From positions 1-64,000 of the forward strand of contig CBFGKC010000012.1 in NCBI GenBank assembly GCA_965649265.1: a DNA stretch of 64,000 bases. The letters are read 5' to 3'. Below are positions 18,160 to 27,812 of the stretch, piece by piece (within the stretch, counting starts at the first letter, position 1; each line of letters starts with the position of its first letter). Made by a program: the position numbers and the translations under genes. Below the pieces are notes generated by a model. It made no database searches. It had not been told where the DNA came from and saw only the letters and a program-made list of their open reading frames with translations. The stretch is from a candidate division WOR-3 bacterium. Its GTDB lineage: Bacteria; Hydrothermota; Tepidihabitantia; B3-TA06.

Positions 18160-19335
18160 CTATTCGTATAGCTCGCCGACCCAGACACCCTGGTAGTAGT
18201 GGCGAAGGATTTTGTTCGCACTCGCGCCGCGGCGGGCCATCTCCATGGCGCCGTACTGGCACATGCCCACGCCGTGTCCCCAGCCGTGGCCGTCGAATAT
18301 CATGTTCGAGCCGTCCTCGCGGATCTTGAAGTACGTGCTCTTTAGCCCGAGCGAAGTGCGGATGACCGGCCCCTTTATCTCGAACTTACCCTGGTCGGTG
18401 TTCACTATCATCTTAATCACGCGGCGCGACTTGGGGTTCGTCTCCAGCTGCCAGGTGCGAATCTTTGCTCCAGAGGGGATCGCGGAGGCTATCATGGAGT
18501 AAAATTTCTCTTTCGGAACCTTCTGCGACCACGTGAAGTGCGGGGAAGAGGCGCAGTATGCCTTACCGAGCAAAGGCGCGTCGCGGACCGTCCGGAGATA
18601 AGGGATTACAGCCGTCCATGCCTCTTCGGAGTTGGCGGTATGGCCGCCGCACGTCGAGTGGTAGCGCGCATCCAGAATCTTGTCGTCCACGAATGCAACA
18701 TCGCCTCGCGTTTCGTCAACTCCCTTTGTGCATACGGGTGACTCGATTGACATGCCGCCGTAGGCCTGGTCGCGAGTGTCGGCGTAAACGTCGAACCCCT
18801 GCTTGCGGTGCGAGCCGAAGCGTGTGACCGCGTACGAGCGGGCGCATATGGCCTGCGCCTTCACGGCGGAAAGGATATCGGGCATGCCCTGCCCTATCTC
18901 GCGCGGGACCACGCCGTAAAGATACTGCTCCATAGGGAGGAGGTTTATCACGTTGAAGCCGGAGGTCGTTCCGGGCGTGACGGCCAGCCAACCGCGGTAA
19001 GGGGTTCCGTTGAGCTTGAGGATCGCGCGCTCGTCGGGCGCGACCTTTATGGGAAGCGAAGGATTAGTCATGGGCTTGGTTGAATTGAGCGTTACTGAAA
19101 GCCCCTGACTCGTCGTGATGTCCCAGCGCGCGGGGCCGATTACGGGAAACGATTCCTTGTCGGTCGAGAGCGTGTGGCTGCCGGAGGCTTCTATTGAGAC
19201 CGAGGCGAGGTTTTCACCGACGAGCACGCGGATAACGGGTTCCCTGTCCCACTGCTCCACCGCGTAGCGGTTCACGCATCCCGCGAAAGATAATGCGAGC
19301 AGGGGGAGGAAAAGCAGGTTACTTCGCTTCTTCAA
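18160..19335 (-). CDS. SpoIID/LytB-domain lytic transglycosylase lipoprotein
   Basis: Lipobox FAGC; 'YLYGVVPRE', 'AQAICARSY', 'YHSTCGG', 'GWGHGVGMCQYGA'. Confidence 0.92.
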   Translation of the reverse strand: MKKRSNLLFLPLLALSFAGCVNRYAVEQWDREPVIRVLVGENLASVSIEASGSHTLSTDKESFPVIGPARWDITTSQGLSVTLNSTKPMTNPSLPIKVAPDERAILKLNGTPYRGWLAVTPGTTSGFNVINLLPMEQYLYGVVPREIGQGMPDILSAVKAQAICARSYAVTRFGSHRKQGFDVYADTRDQAYGGMSIESPVCTKGVDETRGDVAFVDDKILDARYHSTCGGHTANSEEAWTAVIPYLRTVRDAPLLGKAYCASSPHFTWSQKVPKEKFYSMIASAIPSGAKIRTWQLETNPKSRRVIKMIVNTDQGKFEIKGPVIRTSLGLKSTYFKIREDGSNMIFDGHGWGHGVGMCQYGAMEMARRGASANKILRHYYQGVWVGELYE

Positions 19336-19858
19336 CAGTCACCTCCGCGTTGGTGTAAAGGCAAATCTCGGCCGCAATCCTTATGGATTCTTCGACGATA
19401 TCTTTTGCAGAAAGTGAGGAGTGCTTTGAAAGCGCCCGCGCTGCGGCCAACGCGTAGGGCGCGCCCGAGCCTATGGCGACTATAGCGTCGTCGGGTTCTA
19501 TTATGTCGCCTGCGCCCGAAACAAGGAATGCGTGTTCTGGATCGAGTATGGCCATGAAAGCCTCAAGCCTGCGAAGCGCCCGGTCGAGCCGCCATTCCTT
19601 TGCGAGTTCGATTACCGCGCGCGTGAGGTTCGAGGGATACTCGTTCACCTTAACCTCGAATTTCTCGTACAGTGTGAGGGCGTCGGCCGTTGAGCCCGCG
19701 AAGCCGACGAGAATCCGATCACCGATGCGGCGGACCTTCTTAGCCGTATGCTTCATGATAGTGTCCCCGAGCGTGACCTGACCGTCTGCAGCGATTACTG
19801 CAGTCTTGCGCTTACGGTCGAGCATCCCGAGCACTGTCGTAGAACGGACCTTCTGCAT
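19319..19858 (-). CDS. hslV: ATP-dependent protease peptidase subunit HslV
   Basis: 'STTVL', 'ADGQVTLG', 'GFAGSTADA', 'IGSG'; SD AGGAGG. Confidence 0.95.
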   Translation of the reverse strand: MQKVRSTTVLGMLDRKRKTAVIAADGQVTLGDTIMKHTAKKVRRIGDRILVGFAGSTADALTLYEKFEVKVNEYPSNLTRAVIELAKEWRLDRALRRLEAFMAILDPEHAFLVSGAGDIIEPDDAIVAIGSGAPYALAAARALSKHSSLSAKDIVEESIRIAAEICLYTNAEVTVEEAK

Positions 19859-19986
19859 GATTCCTCCTAGACTTTCAAATTCTTTTCTCTCAACATGCCA
19901 CGCTTCCAGCAAGCTCCCCTCAATTTACGGTTGCGGCCTGCGGCGAGTCATTCTTCATGTTTTAGACCAGTCGACTTGCCGTCATT

Positions 19987-20916
19987 CTATTTTTTATTCC
20001 CGGACTCGTCGTCACGAACCGTGGCCCGTGGATGAGCCTTCCTGTAGATCTCCTTGAGTCGCGCAGCACCGACGTGAGTGTAGACCTGCGTGGCTCCGAG
20101 CGAGGTGTGCCCGAGGAGTTCCTGAACCGCCCTCAAATCGGCCCCTCGTTCGAGAAGATGTGTGGCAAAGGAATGGCGCAGCGAGTGAGGATTGCGCGCA
20201 GGAGCACCCGGGAGCTGTGAAAGGTAATAGTTCACGATTCTTCTCAAATCGCGGACCCCGAGCCTTGACGATTTCTTTTCATTGATGAAGAGCGGCCCTG
20301 TGGTGCGCATATCCTGTGTTACATAATCCCTGACGGCCTCGGCCGCGCGCGAGCTCAATGGAACTATGCGCTCCTTTGAACCCTTGCCCAGAACCTTCAC
20401 CTCTCCCTTTGCGAAATTCACATCGTCTATATCGAGCCCGGCAAGTTCGGAGATACGAAGCCCCTCGTCGTAAAGAAGCTCAACCACCGCCCTGTCGCGC
20501 GCGAGGTTGAAATGGCCGTTTAGCACATCCTCCATCTGGCTCTGCGTGAACACGTCGGGAAGCCTTTTTGAGAGCTTGGGACCCTTGACCAGGCGAGCCG
20601 GGTTCTTTTCGAGCCTCGAGTCGCGGCAGAGAAATTTGTAAAGGCTCTTGGCCGCCGAAAGCCTGCGCCGGATAGTACGCTTCTCGTAGCCTAGCCTGGA
20701 CTGAACGGCCACAAAGGCGCGGATATCCTCGCGTTCGGCGGAGAGGATGTCTCGCTTGCCCTGGTACTCCTTCAGGAATTCGATGAACGATGCAAGATCG
20801 GCGGCGTAAGCTCGGAGTGTATTCTCGGAAGAGCGGCGCTCGTCGCGGAGATAAGCAATAAAATCTGCAACTTCACGAGGTACGCTCTCCTCGATTTTTT
20901 TTATCTCAGCCCTCAT
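19987..20916 (-). CDS. xerC: Tyrosine recombinase XerC
   Basis: 'GLRISEL', 'GKGSKERIVP', 'HSLRHSFATHLL', 'LLGH', 'TQVYTHV'; topA-xerC-hslV synteny. Confidence 0.9.
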   Translation of the reverse strand: MRAEIKKIEESVPREVADFIAYLRDERRSSENTLRAYAADLASFIEFLKEYQGKRDILSAEREDIRAFVAVQSRLGYEKRTIRRRLSAAKSLYKFLCRDSRLEKNPARLVKGPKLSKRLPDVFTQSQMEDVLNGHFNLARDRAVVELLYDEGLRISELAGLDIDDVNFAKGEVKVLGKGSKERIVPLSSRAAEAVRDYVTQDMRTTGPLFINEKKSSRLGVRDLRRIVNYYLSQLPGAPARNPHSLRHSFATHLLERGADLRAVQELLGHTSLGATQVYTHVGAARLKEIYRKAHPRATVRDDESGNKK

Positions 20917-23104
20917 CCTTTGCCTTCTTTGGTTTCTTGCCAGAGGATTTTGTTTTGACCTTTTCAGGATTGCAGTGGACGCAGAAGGTACCCGAGGGGT
21001 CAGCGACCATGGCGCGAGCGCACACGGGGCATTTATCCTCGCTCAAGGGATAAGGGGAAGTAAAGGTGCAGTTCTCGTTGGAACATTTGTAGAACTTGCC
21101 TCTCTTGCCGCGGAGTTCGAGAACCTCGCCCAAGCACAAGGGGCAAGGTTCTGCAAGGACGTATGGGGAAGTGGTTTTGCATTCCGGATAGCGGGAGCAG
21201 GCAAGAAACCGCCCGAAGCGCCCGACCTTGACTACCATCGGCGCTCCGCACTCGGGGCACTTCTTGTTCGTCGTTTCAACCTTCACCTCGCCCAAGGGCT
21301 TCGTATAGCGGCACTCCGGGAACCCGGAGCATGCAAGGAACTTACCGAATCTCCCCCATTTTTCGATAAGGGGTTTTCCGCAATTGGGGCAGGTCTCCCC
21401 CGTCTCCTTGACGACTTCTTCCTTTAAATCGGGCAGTTCCTTTTCAACAGCCTCGAGCGCGATGCTGAAAGGCCCCCAGAAATCACGGAGGGCCTTTTGC
21501 CAGTCGAGTTTGCCTTCCGCGATTTCGTCCAGCTCGCCTTCCATTCTCTTGGTGAACTCGACGTTGAAAAGTGTCTCGAAACGCGGCACCAGCAGTTCGT
21601 TGACGAGAATCCCCAGTTCAGTCGGAATGAGCGTGGAGCGCTCCCTTGCGGTGTAGTGCCTGTCGGAAAGAGTATCGACAATGGTGGCGTACGTCGAGGG
21701 ACGTCCTATACCGTTCGCCTCCAGCTTGCGAATGAGCGAGGCCTCGGTATAACGCGGCGGCGGCTGCGTCTCCTTCTTCTCGATTGACAGAGAAAGAAGC
21801 GTGGCTTCATCACCGGAAGAAAGAACGGGCAATGCAAAATCGGTCTCCCTGCTCTCGCGAGAGTACACCTTCTCATACCCCTCGAACGTTCTTTTGGCCG
21901 ATCGGGCCCTGAATACGTAACCATTGCTCGAGATTTCGACCACCCTCTGCTCGTAGCGGGCGTCCGACATCTGGGAAGCCAAGTAGCGCCTCCAGATGAG
22001 ATCGTAAAGCCTTTTCCCGTCGCGTTCAAGGTAGGTCGCCACGAGTTCGGGCATACGCTCGAGACCTGTCGGTCTAATAGCCTCGTGCGCACCCTGCGCG
22101 CCTTCCCTGTCCCTGTAGGCGTGCGGCTTGGCCCATTCGGGACCCATTGTTTCCACAATATAGTTATTCGTTGCCGTCATAAAATCGGGGGCGATACGCA
22201 GGCTATCCGTTCTCATGTACGTGATCAACCCGACGGTCGTGTCTTCGAGGGCGACACCTTCATAGAGGCCCTGCGCGATCCGCATGGTTCTTCTGGGTGC
22301 GAAGCCGAGCATCGAGGCCGCCTCCTGCTGGAGCGTGGACGTCTTGAAGGGGGGGAGGGGAGGAAAACTCTTCTCGGCACTCTCGAATTTCGAAACAGCG
22401 AGCACGGTGTTCGGTTTGAGTTCGGTTTTGGTTTTTTTCATTGCGGCTTCGCCTATGCGTTCCATGCGCTCCCCGCCTATCCTCACGAGCTCGGCGTCGA
22501 ACTTTTCACCCTTGGCCTGGAACGTTCCCTTGATGACCCAGTAGGGCTCAGGTTTGAAGGCCTTGATTTCGGCCTCCCGTTCGCAGAGAATCCTCAAGGC
22601 GACGCTCTGAACCCTTCCGGCCGAAAGCCCGCGTCGGACGAGCTTCCAGAGTATCGGGGATACCTTGTAGCCGACGAGCCTGTCGAGAACGCGTCGCGCC
22701 GACTGGGCGTCGACGAGCAGCCTGTCTATCTGACCGGCACCCGCAATCGCTTCGTCTATGCCGCGCTTGGTTATCTCGTAGAACCTGACGCGAGCCATCT
22801 CGGCGTGATCGAGTTCCTCGGCCAGATGCTGGGCAATGGCCTCTCCCTCGCGGTCCGGGTCTGTTGCCAGAAGCACTCTCTTTGCTTTTTTGGCGGCGGA
22901 CTTGATTTCCTTGATATCCTTGGTTTTGCCCCTTATCTTGATGTATTCGGGCGTGAATATCCCGTCCTTTATTTCAACACCCAGCCTCGATTTGGGCAGA
23001 TCCTTGACGTGGCCCTTGCTGGAAAGAACCGACATCTTCCCGCCCAGAAGTTTTTTAATCGTGCGAGCCTTAGTGGGCGACTCGACTATTATGAGATCCT
23101 TCAT
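20906..23104 (-). CDS. topA: DNA topoisomerase I
   Basis: 'IVESPTKA', 'DPDREGE', 'SAGRVQS', 'ITYMRTD', C-terminal zinc ribbons. Confidence 0.97.
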   Translation of the reverse strand: MKDLIIVESPTKARTIKKLLGGKMSVLSSKGHVKDLPKSRLGVEIKDGIFTPEYIKIRGKTKDIKEIKSAAKKAKRVLLATDPDREGEAIAQHLAEELDHAEMARVRFYEITKRGIDEAIAGAGQIDRLLVDAQSARRVLDRLVGYKVSPILWKLVRRGLSAGRVQSVALRILCEREAEIKAFKPEPYWVIKGTFQAKGEKFDAELVRIGGERMERIGEAAMKKTKTELKPNTVLAVSKFESAEKSFPPLPPFKTSTLQQEAASMLGFAPRRTMRIAQGLYEGVALEDTTVGLITYMRTDSLRIAPDFMTATNNYIVETMGPEWAKPHAYRDREGAQGAHEAIRPTGLERMPELVATYLERDGKRLYDLIWRRYLASQMSDARYEQRVVEISSNGYVFRARSAKRTFEGYEKVYSRESRETDFALPVLSSGDEATLLSLSIEKKETQPPPRYTEASLIRKLEANGIGRPSTYATIVDTLSDRHYTARERSTLIPTELGILVNELLVPRFETLFNVEFTKRMEGELDEIAEGKLDWQKALRDFWGPFSIALEAVEKELPDLKEEVVKETGETCPNCGKPLIEKWGRFGKFLACSGFPECRYTKPLGEVKVETTNKKCPECGAPMVVKVGRFGRFLACSRYPECKTTSPYVLAEPCPLCLGEVLELRGKRGKFYKCSNENCTFTSPYPLSEDKCPVCARAMVADPSGTFCVHCNPEKVKTKSSGKKPKKAKDEG

Positions 23105-24071
23105 GCTGCTCCAAAAAATCAATTACACTCTGCATATCCAGAGGCAGTTTCGATTCGAATAACATTTCCTCTCCGTTCACCGGATGCTTGAATCCCAGTA
23201 CCCTTGCGTGCAGGGCCTGTCGCTTTATGCGCTCAAGCGATCCTTTGAGAACCTCGGCCTCCATGCGCGTCTGAGGCATTATCTGTTCACGACCGTCGTA
23301 TTCGGGGTCGCCCAGCACAGGGTGCCCGTAGTGACGAAGATGCACTCGTATCTGGTGCGTGCGCCCGGTTACGAGCCAGAGCCTCAACGCGGACACGCAG
23401 CCCGCGTAGACCCTTTCGAGCTTGAATCGCGTCGAGGCTTCACGCGACTCTATCGGTGTAACGTTCATTCTGCGCCTGTCGAGCGTCGAACGGCCTATGG
23501 GCGCCGTTATTTCCCCCTCCTCGAGTTCGAATTTCCCCCAGGCGAGCGCGAAGTATTCCTTCCTCATGGATCGCTCGGTAGTCTGCCTCGTCATCTCGCG
23601 CAGCGACTCGTAGGTTTTGGCGAAAAGGATAAGGCCAGTTGTGTCTTTGTCAAGCCTGTGCACGACGCCCGGACGCACCTCTCCGTTCTCCCCTCTCGGC
23701 AGATCGCCGCAATGCGAAAGCAGCGCGTTGACCAGTGTGCCGCCGGTATGCCCGCGCGCAGGATGAACGACCATATTGGGAGGCTTGTTGAGAACGATGA
23801 TGTAGTCGTCCTCGTAGACGATGTCGAGTTCTATCTTCTCGGGCTGCAGCGCGGCATCGGGTTCAGGAAGCTCCAGTAAAGCGTAGACCTCGTCGTTCTC
23901 GGTAAGTTTGGCCGCAGGTTTGGACGGCTTCCCGTTTACGAGAACCTTGCCTTGCTTGATAATCTCGGCGATCATGGAACGAGAGAGGCCCACTCCCGCC
24001 GTAACAATGTAGCGGTCCAGACGCTCGCCCATCATTTTTCTCGATACGATTCTTTTAAACTCTCGTTCCAC
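23070..24071 (-). CDS. rluD: RluA/RluD-family pseudouridine synthase
   Basis: S4 domain, 'VHRLDKDTTG', 'TGRTHQIRVH'. Confidence 0.9.
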   Translation of the reverse strand: MEREFKRIVSRKMMGERLDRYIVTAGVGLSRSMIAEIIKQGKVLVNGKPSKPAAKLTENDEVYALLELPEPDAALQPEKIELDIVYEDDYIIVLNKPPNMVVHPARGHTGGTLVNALLSHCGDLPRGENGEVRPGVVHRLDKDTTGLILFAKTYESLREMTRQTTERSMRKEYFALAWGKFELEEGEITAPIGRSTLDRRRMNVTPIESREASTRFKLERVYAGCVSALRLWLVTGRTHQIRVHLRHYGHPVLGDPEYDGREQIMPQTRMEAEVLKGSLERIKRQALHARVLGFKHPVNGEEMLFESKLPLDMQSVIDFLEQHEGSHNSRVAH

Positions 24072-24780
24072 CGAGGCTCAGCTTCATGAGGGTAATTATT
24101 TCCTGCACTTTGGACTTTCCCAGGGAGATGAGGACCCCAAACAATTCGTCGGACAGAGGCTCTCTTTCAGCCGTCAACTGCACTTCCACTATTCTTCCGT
24201 CCGCGGTCGCGACTATGTTGGCGTCGACTTCGGCCGAAGAATCCTCCTCATAGGAAAGATCCGCACAGACTCCCCCTTTTACCACCCCGACGCTTACGGC
24301 TCCTACGAACTGCCGGACCGGCATCTTTGCGAGCTCGCCGATACCGACCAGTTTCTCGCATGCCTGGTAAAGGGCGGCAAACCCGGCGCATATGGAAAGA
24401 GTACGCGTTCCGCCGTCGGCCTGCAGAACGTCACAGTCGACGATGAGCGTGCGCTCGCCGAGAAGCGCGAGGTCGAAACCCATACGCAGCGATCGTCCGA
24501 TGAGGCGCGATATCTCCTGGCTGCGCGCGGAAGGCTTCCCCTTGTTGGATTCACGCTGGTTGCGCTCCGGCGTGGATGCGGGAAGCATGGAGTACTCGGC
24601 CGTTATCCATCCCCTCCCCTTGCCCTCGAGCCACGCGGGCGCGGTGGGTTCGAGCGTGGCGGCGGCGAGTACTACCGTCTCGCCGGCACGGGCAAGACAT
24701 GAACCGGACGCGAATTTGAGGTACCCTGTCTCGAACGAGATCGGACGGAGTTCGTCTTGCTTGCGCTTGTCCGGTCTCAT
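24055..24780 (-). CDS. rph: Ribonuclease PH
   Basis: 'GWITAEYSMLP', 'EISRLIGRSLR', 'DVLQADGGTR'. Confidence 0.97.
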   Translation of the reverse strand: MRPDKRKQDELRPISFETGYLKFASGSCLARAGETVVLAAATLEPTAPAWLEGKGRGWITAEYSMLPASTPERNQRESNKGKPSARSQEISRLIGRSLRMGFDLALLGERTLIVDCDVLQADGGTRTLSICAGFAALYQACEKLVGIGELAKMPVRQFVGAVSVGVVKGGVCADLSYEEDSSAEVDANIVATADGRIVEVQLTAEREPLSDELFGVLISLGKSKVQEIITLMKLSLGGTRV

Positions 24781-25598
24781 CCCTGGTTACCGACACTGAC
24801 TCTCGTCACGTCCTCCATGGGTTCGCCCAGAAACCTCTGTCCTACGATGCGGAAGTTAGGTGACAGGTCGGTAAGATAAAACCTGCACGAGCCTTCTTTG
24901 TCTTCTCCACGCAAGAGCCCCATTTTCGCAAGGACGTCGGATGCCGCCCGTGCGGTTTCATCACCGGAATCTACCAGCGTTACCTTGTGCTCGAAGAACG
25001 TATCGAGCAGTGGTTTAAGGAGAGGGTAATGGGTGCAGCCAAGGAGCAGGGTGTCGATGCTTTCATTCTTGAGCGACGTCAGGTACTCCTTGATTGTATC
25101 GAAGGTAACCTGCTTGTCTATCCATCCTTCCTCGACCAGCGGCACGAAGAGCGGAGTGGCCTTGGCAATCAAGCTTATCTCATGATTGATGCCGAGTATG
25201 ATGCGCTCGTACTCACCTGTTGAGATGGTGGCGTTCGTACCTATCACGCCTATCCGATTGTTGCGTGTCACTTTTATTGCCGCGCGCGCGCCGGGCTCGA
25301 TGACGCCGAGAACCGGGATGTCGAAATCCTTCTTGAGGAAAGGAAGCGCCACCGACGCGGCGGAGTAGCAGGCGACTATTACCATCTTGACACGCCTTTC
25401 AAGGAGAAATTCCGTGTCCTCCCTTGCAAAGCGGCGTATGGTCTCCGCGGACTTGGTCCCGTAAGGGAAGCGCGCCTCGTCGCCGAGGTAGATTATGTCC
25501 TCGGACGGCAGAAATTCCTTGAGCGAGCGCACGACCGTGAGCCCCCCGATCCCCGAGTCGAAAACCCCTATCGGCTGTTCTCTACCTGGTTTGTACAT
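24777..25598 (-). CDS. murI: Glutamate racemase
   Basis: 'GVFDSGIGGL', 'PYGTKS', 'VACYSA', 'LGCTHYP'. Confidence 0.97.
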   Translation of the reverse strand: MYKPGREQPIGVFDSGIGGLTVVRSLKEFLPSEDIIYLGDEARFPYGTKSAETIRRFAREDTEFLLERRVKMVIVACYSAASVALPFLKKDFDIPVLGVIEPGARAAIKVTRNNRIGVIGTNATISTGEYERIILGINHEISLIAKATPLFVPLVEEGWIDKQVTFDTIKEYLTSLKNESIDTLLLGCTHYPLLKPLLDTFFEHKVTLVDSGDETARAASDVLAKMGLLRGEDKEGSCRFYLTDLSPNFRIVGQRFLGEPMEDVTRVSVGNQG

Positions 25599-25709
25599 CA
25601 CTTTCCTTTTTGATATCCATGCGCTTGAACTTTTTCGGAATTAGAGTAGACCCCAAAAAACTGCACGACCGACTTCCTAAAGACTGATCGGAGAGGGGTG
25701 TTACGGGGG

Positions 25710-27089
25710 TCATAGGTTCTGGACGTATGTGGCGACGCCTCCGGCTATTCCCTTTGCAATCCTCTGCCTGTAATCGGGCTGCCGTATTTTCGCCTCTTCC
25801 GTGGGGTTCGTCAGGAACCCGCACTCGATGAGAACGGAGGGCATAGAGCATCCCTTGAGCACGTAGAAGCCGGCCTGGTTCACACCGCGGTTCGCGAAGC
25901 CAGAGGAGGAGGAGGAGGTCTCCTGGACATAACCCGCAAGGGTCTCCGACTGCTTCTGGAAGGAATTGGTAAGAAGGCTGCCGATAATGTCGTTGAGAAC
26001 GGCATCCGGATTGTAGGCCTTGTGTTCGATGTCGTACTTGAGCGCGGAGTTTTCGGCAAGGGCGACGCTCTTGGCGTACTCGAGGCGGTGCATACCTAGA
26101 AAGTAGGATTCGAAGCCGTTTATCGAGGATGAGTTGTTGGCGTTGAAGTGGATGCTTATGAAGAGGTCGGCTTTCTTCTGATTCGCGAACTTCGTGCGGC
26201 CATCCAGGGACACGTAGAGGTCCGAGGTGCGGGTCATGACGACGGTGTGGCCCTGCGCTTCGAGCAGGGACTTTAGGCGAGTGGCCACGTCGAGATTCAT
26301 TGCCGCTTCCTTCGTGCCCCTGGTCCCTATGGCCCCAGGATCCTTCCCGCCGTGTCCGGGGTCTATGACGATGAGGAGCTTTCGCTTGGGCGTTGCGGGG
26401 GTTACGAGTGTTACGGGCTGGACGACCGTTTGCGCCTGCGATGCGAAGGTCACTTCTACGCCGTTGGGAATGCCCTTTGACGATACGCTCGAGTTCTTCG
26501 AGAGCTTGAGATTGATAGTTGTTTTATTGTTGTTGTTCGAGAGCACGGCCTCGCTCACGAGGCCGAGAGGGGTGATAGTCTTTATCTTCGAACCCATGGG
26601 AAACTTGAGAGTCACACTGGTGAGTGAGTTTTCGATGACATCGCAAGAGATGGGGCCGGCGGCGAGTATTCGCAACGTCGTGGGATCTGTACCCGAGAGC
26701 TCTATCTTTTCTATCTTGATTTCATTCGACGGAGTCACCTGCGACGGAGATGCATTGAATATGCGTCCGAGCAGCCTGACCGGGATGTAGAGATTAGTGC
26801 CGTCCCAACCGATGGGGTCGGGCAGGTGAATCGCGCCCTGGCCGATGACTACCGTTCTGTTCGCAGCGGTAAAGATGTAATTTTTCCCGTTATATGAGAG
26901 CCCTGCCTTCTTTTTTTCCGGAATCCAGTTGTATTTTGAACCCGTCTTTGACGCGAACTCAGAAATCGTCACCGACTCTTTTCCGTTGTAGGAAAGGGTG
27001 TTCATCTGCACTCCTGCGAACGTAACGGTACCCGCCTTGAGGATAAGGACACCGACGGACACGAGCACGGCGATTCGTTTGAGCATCAT
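25710..27089 (-). CDS. N-acetylmuramoyl-L-alanine amidase (Amidase_3)
   Basis: 'IDPGHGGKDPGA', 'FISIHFN', 'PSVLIECGF'. Confidence 0.93.
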   Translation of the reverse strand: MMLKRIAVLVSVGVLILKAGTVTFAGVQMNTLSYNGKESVTISEFASKTGSKYNWIPEKKKAGLSYNGKNYIFTAANRTVVIGQGAIHLPDPIGWDGTNLYIPVRLLGRIFNASPSQVTPSNEIKIEKIELSGTDPTTLRILAAGPISCDVIENSLTSVTLKFPMGSKIKTITPLGLVSEAVLSNNNNKTTINLKLSKNSSVSSKGIPNGVEVTFASQAQTVVQPVTLVTPATPKRKLLIVIDPGHGGKDPGAIGTRGTKEAAMNLDVATRLKSLLEAQGHTVVMTRTSDLYVSLDGRTKFANQKKADLFISIHFNANNSSSINGFESYFLGMHRLEYAKSVALAENSALKYDIEHKAYNPDAVLNDIIGSLLTNSFQKQSETLAGYVQETSSSSSGFANRGVNQAGFYVLKGCSMPSVLIECGFLTNPTEEAKIRQPDYRQRIAKGIAGGVATYVQNL

Positions 27090-27529
27090 GACCTCCTCAT
27101 CTCGCGCTCGATTGTGCGCTTCTTGAGCGTTTCACGCTTGTCTATTGTTTGCTTGCCGCGGCAGACCCCCAGAAGCATCTTGGCGATGCCGCGGTCGTTG
27201 AAGTAGAGTTTTAAAGGGATGAGCGTATAGCCCCGGCGCTGTGTTTTGCCGTAGAGCTTTTTGAGCTCCTGGCGATGCAGCAGCAGCTTGCGCCTGCGCG
27301 TGGGATCGGGTATATCAAGTGACGCCTGCTTGTACTGGGCTATCTGCATGCCGACCACATATGCCTGGCCGTTCTGGATCATGCAGTAGGACTCGGCGAG
27401 TGACGCCTGGTGATCTCGCAAGGATTTGACCTCTGAACCGACCAGCGCAAGCCCGGCCTCAAGGGTTTCCTCGACGATGTAGTCGTGCCGCGCGCGGCGG
27501 TTTTCGGCTATTGTGGACGAATCAGCCAT
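27086..27529 (-). CDS. smpB: SsrA-binding protein
   Basis: 'NRRARHDY', 'GSEVKSLR', 'RKLLLHR', 'DKRE'. Confidence 0.97.
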   Translation of the reverse strand: MADSSTIAENRRARHDYIVEETLEAGLALVGSEVKSLRDHQASLAESYCMIQNGQAYVVGMQIAQYKQASLDIPDPTRRRKLLLHRQELKKLYGKTQRRGYTLIPLKLYFNDRGIAKMLLGVCRGKQTIDKRETLKKRTIEREMRRS

Positions 27530-27812
27530 ATATAAGTGTAATCAATATCCCCATGGATGTCAACGCGCGAGCACAACAAACTGTGCATAATCATCCGTAA
27601 CGTCTTTGCATAGGGTGGAAGGTCCTTATTTAACTCCTGCTTCTATAACTATTTTGGAGATTAATAGCTTTCGTCTTAATTTAGGTACCTCAGCACATTA
27701 GCCAAGAGAGGTTGACAGCAATTCAAAAGAGGATATTCTATTATGGTATTTTGTCTCTAAAAGGGCGTAGAATTATGGAGAAGAGCTTGAAGCTTTCGAC
27801 GCTGGGGTTAAA

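Noticed and set aside
19987-20916. Tyrosine recombinase as a mobile-element integrase
   Set aside because: Housekeeping XerC sequence and topA-xerC-hslV context.
22085-23191. 368-aa plus-strand ORF and similar long antisense ORFs (23184, 38770, 46338, 53930)
   Set aside because: Shadow frames of GC-rich, well-conserved genes with no recognisable motifs.
27578-27610. dif site or DnaA box (CTGTGCATAA)
   Set aside because: No XerD arm follows, and it is one imperfect box only.
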